DNA of 64,000 bases. Origin: Ranitomeya imitator. Lineage: Eukaryota. The position numbers were made by a program, and so were the translations under genes. Positions 13,101 to 26,128 of this stretch are shown here, piece after piece. Numbering within the stretch: the stretch's first letter is position 1; each line of letters opens with the position of its first letter. The DNA lies in NCBI RefSeq assembly GCF_032444005.1, contig NC_091288.1, positions 198,586,001 to 198,650,000 of the forward strand, read 5' to 3'. The notes beneath the pieces are model-generated. The model did no database searches. It saw only the letters and a list, made by a program, of their open reading frames with translations, and was not told the DNA's origin.

Positions 13101-16100
13101 GCTGTACGATCAGTGCCACCACCTCCTCCCCGCAGAGCTGTATGATCAGTGCCACCACTTCCTCCCCGCAGAGCTGTATGATCAGTGCCACCACCTCCTC
13201 CCCGCAGAGCTGTATGATCAGTGCCACCACCTCCTCCCCGCAGAGCTGTATGATCAGTGCCACCTCCTCCTCCCCGCAGAGCTGTATGATCAGTGCCACC
13301 ACCTCCTCCCCGCAGAGCTGTATCATCAGTGCCACCACCTACTCCTCCCTGCAGAGCTGTCTGATCAGAGAAATCACCTCCACCCCGCAGAGCTGTATGA
13401 TCAGTGCCACCACCTTCTCCCCCGCAGAGCTGTATGATCAGTGCCACCACCTCCTCCCCGCAGAGCTGTATGATCAGAGCCACCACCTCCTCCCTGCAGA
13501 GCTGTATGATCAGAGAAATCACCTCCTCCCCGCACAGTTGTATGATCAGTGCCACCACCTCCTCCCCGCAGAGCTGTATGATCAGTGCCACCACCTCCTC
13601 CCCGCACAGCTGTATGATCAGTGCCACCACCTCCTCCCCGCAGAGCTGCATGATCAGAGCCACCACCTCCTCCCCGCAGAGCTGTATGATCAGAGCCACC
13701 ACCTCCTCCCTGCAGAGCTGTATGATCAGAGAAATCACCTCCTCCCCGGAGAGCCGTATGATCAGTGCCACCACCTTCTCCCCGCAGAGCTGTATGATCA
13801 GAGCCACCACATTCTCCCCGCAGAGCTGTAGGATCAGAGCCATCACCTCCTCCCCGCAGAGCTGTATGATCAGTGCCACCACCCTCTCCCCGCAGAGCTG
13901 TATGATCAGAGCCACCACCTACTCCCCTCAGACCTGTATGATCAGAGCCATAACCTCCTCCTCCCTGCAGAGCTGTATGATCAGAGAAATCACCTCCTCC
14001 CCGGAGAGCTGTATGATCAGTGCCAACACCTTCTCCCCGCAGAGCTGTATGATCAGTGCCACCACCTCCTCCCTGCAGAGCTGTATGATCAGTGCCACCA
14101 CCTCCTCCCTGCAGAGCTGTATGATCAGAGAAATCACCTCCTCCCCGCACAGCTGTATGATCAGTACCACCACCTCCTCCCCGCAGAGCTGTATGATCAG
14201 AGCCACCACCTCCTCCCCGCAGAGCTGTATGATCAGAGCCACCACCTCCTCCCCGCAGAGCTGTATGATCAGAGCCACCTCCTCCTCCCCGCAGAGCTGT
14301 ATGATCAGTGCCACCACCTCCTCCCCGCAGAGCTGTATGATCAGTGCCACCACCTCCTCCCCGCAGAGCTGTATGATCAGTGCCACCTCCTCCTCCCCGC
14401 AGAGCTGTATGATCAGAGCCACCACCTCCTCCCCGCAGAGCTGTATGATCAGAGCCACCACCTCCTCCCTGCAGAGCTGTATGATCAGAGAAATCACCTC
14501 CTCCCCGCACAGCTGTATGATCAGTACCACCACCTCCTCCCCGCAGAGCTGTATGATCAGAGCCACCACCTCCTCCCCGCAGAGCTGTATGATCAGAGCC
14601 ACCACCTCCTCCCTGCAGAGCTGTATGATCAGTGCCACCACCTCCTCCCCGCAGAGCTGTATGATCAGTGCCACCACCTCCTCCCCGCAGAGCTGTATGA
14701 TCAGTGCCACCTCCTCCTCCCCGCAGAGCTGCATGATCAGTGCCACCACCTCCTCCCCGCAGAGCTGTATGATCAGTGCCACCACCTCCTCCCCGCAGAG
14801 CTGTATGATCAGTGCCATCACCTCCTCCCCGCAGAGCTGTATGATCAGTGCCACCTCAACCTCCCCGCAGAGCTGTATGATCAGAGCCACCACCTCCTCC
14901 CTGCAGAGCTGTATGATCAGAGAAATCACCTCCTCCCCGCACAGCTGTATGATCAGTACCACCACCTCCTCCCCGCAGAGCTGTATGATCAGTGCCACCA
15001 CCTCCTCCCCGCACAGCTGTATGATCAGTGCCACCACCTCCTCCCCGCAGAGCTGCATGATCAGAGCCACCACCTCCTCTCCGCAGAGCTGTATGATCAG
15101 AGCCACCACCTCCTCCCTGCAGAGCTGTATGATCAGAGAAATCACCTCCTCCCCGGAAAGCCGTATGATCAGTGCCACCACCTTCTCCCCGCAGAGCTGT
15201 ATGATCAGAGCCACCACATTCTCCTCGCAGAGCTGTAGGATTAGAGCCATCACATCCTCCCCGCAGAGCTGTATGATCAGTGCCACCACCCTCTCCCCGC
15301 AGAGCTGTATGATCAGAGCCACCACCTACTCCCCTCAGACCTGTATGATCAGAGCCATAACCTCCTCCTCCCTGCAGAGCTGTATGATCAGAGAAATCAC
15401 CTCCTCCCCGGAGAGCTGTATGATCAGTGCCAACACCTTCTCCCCGCAGAGCTGTATGATCAGTGCCATCACCTCCTCCCTGCAGAGCTGTATGATCAGT
15501 GCCACCACCTCCTCCACGCAGAGCTGTACGATCAGTGCCACCACCTCCTCCCCGCAGAGCTGTATGATCAGTGCCACCACTTCCTCCCCGCAGAGCTGTA
15601 TGATCAGTGCCACCACCTCCTCCCCGCAGAGCTGTATGATCAGTGCCACCACCTCCTCCCCGCAGAGCTGTATGATCAGTGCCACCTCCTCCTCCCCGCA
15701 GAGCTGTATGATCAGTGCCACCACCTCCTCCCCGCAGAGCTGTATCATCAGTGCCACCACCTACTCCTCCCTGCAGAGCTGTCTGATCAGAGAAATCACC
15801 TCCACCCCGCAGAGCTGTATGATCAGTGCCACCACCTTCTCCCCCGCAGAGCTGTATGATCAGTGCCACCACCTCCTCCCCGCAGAGCTGTATGATCAGA
15901 GCCACCACCTCCTCCCTGCAGAGCTGTATGATCAGAGAAATCACCTCCTCCCCGCACAGTTGTATGATCAGTGCCACCACCTCCTCCCCGCAGAGCTGTA
16001 TGATCAGTGCCACCACCTCCTCCCCGCACAGCTGTATGATCAGTGCCACCACCTCCTCCCCGCAGAGCTGCATGATCAGAGCCACCACCTCCTCCCCGCA

Positions 16101-18034
16101 GAGCTGTATGATCAGAGCCACCACCTCCTCCCTGCAGAGCTGTATGATCAGAGAAATCACCTCCTCCCCGGAGAGCCGTATGATCAGTGCCACCACCTTC
16201 TCCCCGCAGAGCTGTATGATCAGAGCCACCACATTCTCCCCGCAGAGCTGTAGGATCAGAGCCATCACCTCCTCCCCGCAGAGCTGTATGATCAGTGCCA
16301 CCACCCTCTCCCCGCAGAGCTGTATGATCAGAGCCACCACCTACTCCCCTCAGACCTGTATGATCAGAGCCATAACCTCCTCCTCCCTGCAGAGCTGTAT
16401 GATCAGAGAAATCACCTCCTCCCCGGAGAGCTGTATGATCAGTGCCAACACCTTCTCCCCGCAGAGCTGTATGATCAGTGCCACCACCTCCTCCCTGCAG
16501 AGCTGTATGATCAGTGCCACCACCTCCTCCCCGCAGAGCTGTACGATCAGTGCCACCACCTCCTCCCCGCAGAGCTGTATGATCAGTGCCACCACCTCCT
16601 CCCCGCAGAGCTGTATGATCAGTGCCACCACCTCCTCCCCGCAGAGCTGTATGATCAGTGCCACCACCTCCTCCCCGCAGAGCTGTATGATCAGTGCCAC
16701 CTCCTCCTCCCTGCAGAGCTGTATGATCAGAGAAATCACCTCCTCCCCGCACAGCTGTATGATCAGTACCACCACCTCCTCCCCGCAGAGCTGTATGATC
16801 AGAGCCACCACCTCCTCCCCGCAGAGCTGTATGATCAGTGCCACCACCTCCTCCCCGCACAGCTGTATGATCAGTGCCACCACCTCCTCCCCGCAGAGCT
16901 GCATGATCAGTGCCACCACCTCCTCCCCGCAGAGCTGTATGATCAGTGCCACCACCTCCTCCCCGCAGAGCTGTATGATCAGTGCCACCACCTCCTCCCC
17001 GCAGAGCTGTATGATCAGAGCCACCACCTCCTCCCTGCAGAGCTGTATGATCAGAGAAATCACCTCCTCCCCGCACAGCTGTATGATCAGTACCACCACC
17101 TCCTCCCCGCAGAGCTGTATGATCAGAGCCACCACCTCCTCCCCGCAGAGCTGTATGATCAGTGCCACCACCTCCTCCCCGCACAGCTGTATGATCAGTG
17201 CCACCACCTCCTCCCCGCAGAGCTGCATGATCAGAGCCACCACCTCCTCCCCGCAGAGCTGTATGATCAGTGCCACCACCTCCTCCCCGCAGAGCTGTAT
17301 CATCAGTGCCACCACCTACTCCTCCCTGCAGAGCTGTATGATCAGAGAAATCACCTCCACCCCGCAGAGCTGTATGATCAGTGCCACCACCTCCTCCCCG
17401 CAGAGCTGTATCATCAGTGCCACCACCTACTCCTCCCTGCAGAGCTGTATGATCAGAGAAATCACCTCCACCCCGCAGAGCTGTATGATCAGTGCCACCA
17501 CCTTCTCCCCCGCAGAGCTGTATGATCAGAGCCACCACTTCCTCCCCGCAGAGCTGTATAATCAGTGCCACCACCTCCACCCCGCAGAGCTGTATGATCA
17601 GAGAAATCACCTCCACCCCGCAGAGCTGTATGATCAGAGCCACCACCTCCTCCCCGCAGAGCTGTATGATCAGAGCCACCACCCTCTCCCCGCAGAGCTG
17701 TATAATCAGTGCCACCACCTCCTCCCCGCAGAGCTGTATGATCAGTGCCACCACCTCCTCCCCGCAGAGCTGTATGATCAGTGCCACCACCTCCTCCCCG
17801 CAGAGCTGTATGATCAGTGCCACCTCCTTCTCCCCGCAGAGCTGTATGATCAGAGAAATCACCTCCACCCCGCAGAGCTGTATGATCAGTGCCACCACCT
17901 CCTCCCCGCAGAGCTGTATCATCAGTGCCACCACCTACTCCTCCCTGCAGAGCTGTATGATCAGAGAAATCACCTCCACCCCGCAGAGCTCTATGATCAG
18001 TGCCAACACCTTCTCCCCCGCAGAGCTGTATGAT
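1075..18034 (+). repeat. 36-bp minisatellite derived from the H1 stem-loop 3' arm plus HDE, block 1 (~470 units, with higher-order repeats)
   Basis: Tandem AG(A/T)GCCACCACCTCCTCCCCGCAGAGCTGTATGATC with recurring variants (AGAGAAATCACC, AGTACC, CCTGCAG, CACAGCT); the first unit overlaps the H1 stem-loop. Confidence 0.97.
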
Positions 18035-21000
18035 CTGCGGGGGAGAAGGTGTTGGCACTGATCATAGAGCTCTGCGGGGTGGAGGTGATTTCTCTGATCA
18101 TACAGCTCTGCAGGGAGGAGTAGGTGGTGGCACTGATGATACAGCTCTGCGGGGAGGAGGTGGTGGCACTGATCATACAGCTCTGCGGGGTGGAGGTGAT
18201 TTCTCTGATCATACAGCTCTGCGGGGAGAAGGAGGTGGCACTGATCATACAGCTCTGCGGGGAGGAGGTGGTGGCACTGATCATACAGCTCTGCGGGGAG
18301 GAGGTGGTGGCACTGATCATACAGCTCTGCGGGGAGGAGGTGGTGGCACTGATTATACAGCTCTGCGGGGAGAGGGTGGTGGCTCTGATCATACAGCTCT
18401 GCGGGGAGGAGGTGGTGGCTCTGATCATACAGCTCTGCGGGGTGGAGGTGATTTCTCTGATCATACAGCTCTGCGGGGTGGAGGTGGTGGCACTGATTAT
18501 ACAGCTCTGCGGGGAGGAAGTGGTGGCTCTGATCATACAGCTCTGCGGGGGAGAAGGTGGTGGCACTGATCATACAGCTCTGCGGGGTGGAGGTGATTTC
18601 TCTGATCATACAGCTCTGCAGGGAGGAGTAGGTGGTGGCACTGATGATACAGCTCTGCGGGGAGGAGGTGGTGGCACTGATCATACAGCTCTGCGGGGTG
18701 GAGGTGATTTCTCTGATCATACAGCTCTGCAGGGAGGAGTAGGTGGTGGCACTGATGATACAGCTCTGCGGGGAGGAGGTGATGGCACTGATCATACAGC
18801 TCTGCGGGGAGGAGGTGGTGGCTCTGATCATGCAGCTCTGCGGGGAGGAGGTGGTGGCACTGATCATACAGCTGTGCGGGGAGGAGGTGGTGGCACTGAT
18901 CATACAGCTCTGCGGGGAGGAGGTGGTGGCTCTGATCATACAGCTCTGCGGGGAGGAGGTGGTGGTACTGATCATACAGCTGTGCGGGGAGGAGGTGATT
19001 TCTCTGATCATACAGCTCTGCAGGGAGGAGGTGGTGGCTCTGATCATACAGCTCTGCGGGGAGGAGGAGGTGGCACTGATCATACAGCTCTGCGGGGAGG
19101 AGGTGGTGGCACTGATCATACAGCTCTGCGGGGAGGAGGTGGTGGCACTGATCATACAGCTCTGCGGGGAGGAGGTGGTGGCACTGATCATACAGCTCTG
19201 CGGGGAGGAGGAGGTGGCACTGATCATACAGCTCTGCGGGGAGGAGGTGGTGGCACTGATCATACAGCTCTGCGGGGAGGAGGTGGTGGCACTGATCATA
19301 CAGCTCTGCGGGGAGGAGGTGGTGGCACTGATCATACAGCTCTGCGGGGAGGAGGTGGTGGCACTGATCGTACAGCTCTGCGGGGAGGAGGTGGTGGCAC
19401 TGATCATACAGCTCTGCAGGGAGGAGGAGGTTATGGCTCTGATCATACAGGTCTGAGGGGAGTAGGTGGTGGCTCTGATCATACAGCTCTGCGGGGAGAG
19501 GGTGGTGGCACTGATCATACAGCTCTGCGGGGAGGAGGTGATGGCTCTGATCCTACAGCTCTGCGGGGAGAATGTGGTGGCTCTGATCATACAGCTCTGC
19601 GGGGAGAAGGTGGTGGCACTGATCATACGGCTCTCCGGGGAGGAGGTGATTTCTCTGATCATACAGCTCTGCAGGGAGGAGGTGGTGGCTCTGATCATAC
19701 AGCTCTGCGGGGAGGAGGTGGTGGCTCTGATCATGCAGCTCTGCGGGGAGGAGGTGGTGGCACTGATCATACAGCTGTGCGGGGAGGAGGTGGTGGCACT
19801 GATCATACAGCTCTGCGGGGAGGAGGTGGTGGCACTGATCATACAACTGTGCGGGGAGGAGGTGATTTCTCTGATCATACAGCTCTGCAGGGAGGAGGTG
19901 GTGGCTCTGATCATACAGCTCTGCGGGGAGGAGGTGGTGGCACTGATCATACAGCTCTGCGGGGGAGAAGGTGGTGGCACTGATCATACAGCTCTGCGGG
20001 GTGGAGGTGATTTCTCTGATCAGACAGCTCTGCAGGGAGGAGTAGGTGGTGGCACTGATGATACAGCTCTGCGGGGAGGAGGTGGTGGCACTGATCATAC
20101 AGCTCTGCGGGGAGGAGGAGGTGGCACTGATCATACAGCTCTGCGGGGAGGAGGTGGTGGCACTGATCATACAGCTCTGCGGGGAGGAGGTGGTGGCACT
20201 GATCATACAGCTCTGCGGGGAGGAAGTGGTGGCACTGATCATACAGCTCTGCGGGGAGGAGGTGGTGGCACTGATCGTACAGCTCTGCGTGGAGGAGGTG
20301 GTGGCACTGATCATACAGCTCTGCAGGGAGGAGGTGATGGCACTGATCATACAGCTCTGCGGGGAGAAGGTGTTGGCACTGATCATACAGCTCTCCGGGG
20401 AGGAGGTGATTTCTCTGATCATACAGCTCTGCAGGGAGGAGGAGGTTATGGCTCTGATCATACAGGTCTGAGGGGAGTAGGTGGTGGCTCTGATCATACA
20501 GCTCTGCGGGGAGAGGGTGGTGGCACTGATCATACAGCTCTGCGGGGAGGATGTGATGGCTCTAATCCTACAGCTCTGCGAGGAGAATGTGGTGGCTCTG
20601 ATCATACAGCTCTGCGGGGAGAAGGTGGTGGCACTGATCATACGGCTCTCCGGGGAGGAGGTGATTTCTCTGATCATACAGCTCTGCAGGGAGGAGGTGG
20701 TGGCTCTGATCATACAGCTCTGCGGAGAGGAGGTGGTGGCTCTGATCATGCAGCTCTGCGGGGAGGAGGTGGTGGCACTGATCATACAGCTGTGCGGGGA
20801 GGAGGTGGTGGCACTGATCATACAGCTCTGCGGGGAGGAGGTGGTGGTACTGATCATACAGCTGTGCGGGGAGGAGGTGATTTCTCTGATCATACAGCTC
20901 TGCAGGGAGGAGGTGGTGGCTCTGATCATACAGCTCTGCGGGGAGGTTGAGGTGGCACTGATCATACAGCTCTGCGGGGAGGAGGTGATGGCACTGATCA

Positions 21001-21731
21001 TACAGCTCTGCGGGGAGGAGGTGGTGGCACTGATCATACAGCTCTGCGGGGAGGAGGTGGTGGCACTGATCATGCAGCTCTGCGGGGAGGAGGAGGTGGC
21101 ACTGATCATACAGCTCTGCGGGGAGGAGGTGGTGGCACTGATCATACAGCTCTGCGGGGAGGAGGTGGTGGCACTGATCATACAGCTCTGCAGGGAGGAG
21201 GTGGTGGCTCTGATCATACAGCTCTGCGGGGAGGAGGTGGTGGCTCTGATCATACAGCTCTGCGGGGAGGAGGTGGTGGTACTGATCATACAGCTGTGCG
21301 GGGAGGAGGTGATTTCTCTGATCATACAGCTCTGCAGGGAGGAGGTGGTGGCTCTGATCATACAGCTCTGCGGGGAGGAGGTGGTGGCTCTGATCATACA
21401 GCTCTGCGGGGAGGAGGAGGTGGCACTGATCATACAGCTCTGCGGGGAGGAGGTGGTGGCACTGATCATACAGCTCTGCGGGGAGGAGGTGGTGGCACTG
21501 ATCATACAGCTCTGCGGGGAGGAGGAGGTGGCTCTGATCATACAGCTCTGCGGGGAGGAGGTGGTGGCTCTGATCATACAGCTCTGCGGGGAGGAGGTGG
21601 TGGCTCTGATCATACAGCTCTGCGGGGAGGAGGTGGTGGTACTGATCATACAGCTGTGCGGGGAGGAGGTGATTTCTCTGATCATACAGCTCTGCAGGGA
21701 GGAGGTGGTGGCACTGATCATACAGCTCTGC
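18035..21731 (-). repeat. Same 36-bp minisatellite, inverted block (~100 units)
   Basis: G-rich reverse-complement units GATCATACAGCTCTGCGGGGAGGAGGTGGTGGC(A/T)CT between two fold-back junctions. Confidence 0.96.
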
Positions 21732-21875
21732 TCCTCCCCGCAGAGCTGTATGATCAGTGCCACCTCCTCCTCCCCGCAGAGCTGTATGATCAGAGCCACC
21801 TCCTCCTCCCCGCAGAGCTGTATGATCAGTGCCACCACCTCCTCCCCGCAGAGCTGTATGATCAGTGCCACCACC
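21732..21875 (+). repeat. Same minisatellite, 4 units back in + orientation before the CR1
   Basis: TCCTCCCCGCAGAGCTGTATGATCAG... resumes after the junction at 21731. Confidence 0.9.
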
Positions 21876-21882
21876 ACCAGTG

Positions 21883-22141
21883 CCAAACCAGGGATTCAAG
21901 CTTCAGGAGGCTAATTTGCATATTCCAGGTGCCTTCTGGGAGAAGCGAAGTCTCCCTAAGCTAGAAGATCGTTGGGTACAGCCGGGACCAGCTGCTTCGA
22001 AAGCATCACCAAACCAGGGATTCAAGCTTCAGGAGGCTAATTTGCATATTCCAGGTGCCTTCTGGGAGAAGCGAAGTCTCCCTAAGCTAGAAGATCGTTG
22101 GGTACAGCCGGGACCAGCTGCTTCGAAAGCATCACCAAACC
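21883..22141 (+). repeat. Two identical 126-bp monomers in the CR1 5' UTR, each with an octamer motif
   Basis: CCAAACCAGGGATTCAAG...AAAGCATCA begins at 21883 and 22009, partial third at 22135; ATTTGCAT at 21914-21921 and 22040-22047. Confidence 0.92.
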
Positions 22142-22256
22142 GCGCGCCTTATGGCGCGCGAATTTTTGCCTGTAGGACATTATTGCAAGAGAGCTTGGCT
22201 GAGTAGATTACACAAGAAGGAAAACACACAGCAAGTCAGCAGGATCTAGCAGCAAC

Positions 22257-23210
22257 ATGGCAGATGTGACAACCTACATGGTGAGCTGCAGCATGTGCTA
22301 CATGTTCACAGATCGACCAGAAGAAGAATCCAATTTCACCTGTCAGAAGTGTAGACTAGTGGCCCTTTTAGAAGAAAAGGTGCGGGGTCTGGAAGAAAGA
22401 ATAGCAACTTTGAAACTCATCAAAGAGAATGAAGACTTTCTAGACAGAACAGAAGCATCTTTACTGGTCACAGAAGGTGAAAAAAGTGTCAGAGAACCTC
22501 CAAAAGCAGATGAGTGGAAGCATGTGACCAAAAGAAGCAAGAAGACCATGGAGAAATCACCAACCACACAACTGAAGAACCGATATCAAATCTTTGTAGA
22601 GGATGAAGATGGCACACCTAAGAATGAAGCAATACCAGCAAGCAAAAAAGAAAAGGGCACACAGCAACAAGTGACAGCAAAAAGTACAGCCAAGAAGCAA
22701 CGAAGAGTGGTGGTGGTGGGAGACTCACTACTGAGAGGCACAGAAGCAACCATCTGCAGACCGGACATAACTGCAAGAGAAGTATGCTGCCTTCCAGGTG
22801 CGATGATCAAGGATGTGACCGATAGGATACCAAAGCTCTTCAGCTCCAAGGACGTCCACCCATTTCTTCTGATACATGTTGGCACCAATGACACGGCAAG
22901 GAAGGACCTACCGACAATCTGCAAGGACTTTGAAGAGTTGGGGAAGAAAGTAAAGGAACTGGATGCACAGGTAGTTTTTTCTTCTATCCTTCCAGTAGAC
23001 GGGCATGGCACCAGGAGATGGAACAGGATCCTTGATGCAAACAACTGGCTAAGACGATGGTGCAGACAACAAGGATTTGGATTCCTGGACCACGGTGTGA
23101 ATTACTGGTATGATGGACTCCTCGCCAGAGACGGACTACACCTCAACAAACCTGGGAAACACACATTCGCCAGAAGACTCGCTACAATCATCAGGAGGGC
23201 GTTAAACTAG
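22257..23210 (+). CDS. CR1 ORF1p: Cys-rich zinc-binding N-terminus, coiled coil, SGNH/GDSL esterase domain
   Basis: CSMC...CQKC, LEEKVRGLEERIATL heptads, esterase blocks VVGDSLLRG, HVGTND and DGLHL with catalytic Ser/Asp/His present. Confidence 0.9.
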   Translation: MADVTTYMVSCSMCYMFTDRPEEESNFTCQKCRLVALLEEKVRGLEERIATLKLIKENEDFLDRTEASLLVTEGEKSVREPPKADEWKHVTKRSKKTMEKSPTTQLKNRYQIFVEDEDGTPKNEAIPASKKEKGTQQQVTAKSTAKKQRRVVVVGDSLLRGTEATICRPDITAREVCCLPGAMIKDVTDRIPKLFSSKDVHPFLLIHVGTNDTARKDLPTICKDFEELGKKVKELDAQVVFSSILPVDGHGTRRWNRILDANNWLRRWCRQQGFGFLDHGVNYWYDGLLARDGLHLNKPGKHTFARRLATIIRRALN

Positions 23211-23347
23211 AAGAAAAGGGGACGGGAAGAAAAACATTAGACTCGAACAAAGACGACCCAGGAAAACATATTCAGAAGGGAGGTAAGAACATTTCTAAAA
23301 CAATCCACAGTGAGGAGATTGGAACAAAACAAAATCCTCTAAACTGC

Positions 23348-26128
23348 ATGCTCGCAAACGCCAGAAGCCTGACAAACAAGATGGAAGAACTAGAAGCAGA
23401 AATATCTACAGGTAACTTTGACATAGTGGGAATAACCGAGACATGGTTAGATGAAAGCTATGACTGGGCAGTTAACTTACAGGGTTACAGTCTGTTTAGA
23501 AAGGATCGTAAAAATCGGAGAGGAGGAGGGGTTTGTCTCTATGTAAAGTCTTGTCTAAAGTCCACTTTAAGGGAGGATATTAGCGAAGGGAATGAGGATG
23601 TCGAGTCCATATGGGTTTAAATTCATGGAGGGAAAAATGGTAACAAAATTCTCATTGGGGTCTGTTACAAACCCCCAAATATAACAGAAAGCATGGAAAG
23701 TCTACTTCTAAAGCAGATAGATGAAGCTGCAACCCATAATGAGGTCCTGGTTATGGGGGACTTTAACTACCCGGATATTAACTGGGAAACAGAAACCTGT
23801 GAAACCCATAAAGGCAACAGGTTTCTGCTAATAACCAAGAAAAATTATCTTTCACAATTGGTGCAGAATCCAACCAGAGGAGCAGCACTTTTAGACCTAA
23901 TACTATCTAATAGACCTGACAGAATAACAAATCTGCAGGTGGTTGGGCATTTAGGAAATAGCGACCACAATATTGTGCAGTTTCACCTGTCTTTCACTAG
24001 GAGGACTTGTCAGGGAGTCACAAAAACATTGAACTTTAGGAAGGCAAAGTTTGAACAGCTTAGAGATGCCCTTAATCTGGTAGACTGGGACAATATCCTC
24101 AGAAATGAGAATACAGATAATAAATGGGAAATGTTTAAGAACATCCTAAATAGGCAGTGTAAGCGGTTTATACCTTGTGGGAATAAAAGGACTAGAAATA
24201 GGAAAAACCCAATGTGGCTAAACAAAGAAGTAAGACAGGCAATTAACAGTAAAAAGAAAGCATTTGCACTACTAAAGCAGGATGGCACCATTGAAGCTCT
24301 AAAAAACTATAGGGAGAAAAATACTTTATCTAAAAAACTAATTAAAGCTGCCAAAAAGGAAACAGAGAAGCACATTGCTAAGGAGAGTAAAACTAATCCC
24401 AAACTGTTCTTCAACTATATCAATAGTAAAAGAATAAAAACTGAAAATGTAGGCCCCTTAAAAAATAGTGAGGAAAGAATGGTTGTAGATGACGAGGAAA
24501 AAGCTAACATATTAAACACCTTCTTCTCCACGGTATTCACGGTGGAAAATGAAATGCTAGGTGAAATCCCAAGAAACAATGAAAACCCTATATTAAGGGT
24601 CACCAATCTAACCCAAGAAGAGGTGCGAAACCGGCTAAATAAGATTAAAATAGATAAATCTCCGGGTCCGGATGGCATACACCCACGAGTACTAAGAGAA
24701 CTAAGTAATGTAATAGATAAACCATTATTTCTTATTTTTAGTGACTCTATAGCGACAGGGTCTGTTCCGCAGGATTGGCGCATAGCAAATGTGGTGCCAA
24801 TATTCAAAAAGGGCTCTAAAAGTGAACCTGGAAATTATAGGCCAGTAAGTCTAACCTCTATTGTTGGTAAAATATTTGAAGGGTTTCTGAGGGATGTTAT
24901 TCTGGATTATCTCAATGAGAATAACTGTTTAACTCCATATCAGCATGGGTTTATGAGAAATCGCTCCTGTCAAACCAATCTAATCAGTTTTTATGAAGAG
25001 GTAAGCTATAGGCTGGACCACGGTGAGTCATTGGACGTGGTATATCTCGATTTTTCCAAAGCGTTTGATACCGTGCCGCACAAGAGGTTGGTACACAAAA
25101 TGAGAATGCTTGGTCTGGGGGAAAATGTGTGTAAATGGGTTAGTAACTGGCTTAGTGATAGAAAGCAGAGGGTGGTTATAAATGGTATAGTCTCTAACTG
25201 GGTCGCTGTGACCAGTGGGGTACCGCAGGGGTCAGTATTGGGACCTGTTCTCTTCAACATATTCATTAATGATCTGGTAGAAGGTTTACACAGTAAAACA
25301 TCGATATTTGCAGATGATACAAAACTATGTAAAGCAGTTAATACAAGAGAAGATAGTATTCTGCTACAGATGGATCTGGATAAGTTGGAAACTTGGGCTG
25401 AAAGGTGGCAGATGAGGTTTAACAATGATAAATGTAAGGTTATACACATGGGAAGAGGGAATCAATATCACCATTACACACTGAACGGGAAACCACTGGG
25501 TAAATCTGACAGGGAGAAGGACTTGGGGATCCTAGTTAATGATAAACTTACCTGGAGCAGCCAGTGCCAGGCAGCAGCTGCCAAGGCAAACAGGATCATG
25601 GGGTGCATTAAAAGAGGTCTGGATACACATGATGAGAGCATTATACTGCCTCTGTACAAATCCCTAGTTAGACCGCACATGGAGTACTGTGTCCAGTTTT
25701 GGGCACCGGTGCTCAGGAAGGATATAATGGAACTAGAGAGAGTACAAAGGAGGGCAACAAAATTAATAAAGGGGATAGGAGAACTACAATACCCAGATAG
25801 ATTAGCGAAATTAGGATTATTTAGTCTAGAAAAAAGACGACTGAGGGGCGATCTAATAACCATGTATAAGTATATAAGGGGACAATACAAATATCTCGCT
25901 GAGGATCTGTTTATACCAAGGAAGGTGACGGGCACAAGGGGGCATTCTTTGCGTCTGGAGGAGAGAAGGTTTTTCCACCAACACAGAAGAGGATTCTTTA
26001 CTGTTAGGGCAGTGAGAATCTGGAATTGCTTGCCTGAGGAGGTGGTGATGGCGAACTCAGTCGAGGGGTTCAAGAGAGGCCTGGATGTCTTCCTGGAGCA
26101 GAACAATATTGTATCATACAATTATTAG
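23348..26128 (+). pseudogene. CR1 ORF2p (APE endonuclease plus reverse transcriptase) with a single in-frame stop
   Basis: APE motifs ANARSL, GITETW, GDFNYP, SDHN; RT motifs NYRPVSLTS, LDFSKAFD, GVPQGSVLGP, FADD. TAA at 23618-23620 joins the 23348 and 23693 ORFs in the same frame. The true start may lie slightly upstream. Confidence 0.93.

Noticed and set aside
24010-26121. Antisense ORFs within CR1 ORF2 and its fragments (e.g. MYDTILFCSRK...)
   Set aside because: Shadow frames of the RT coding sequence.
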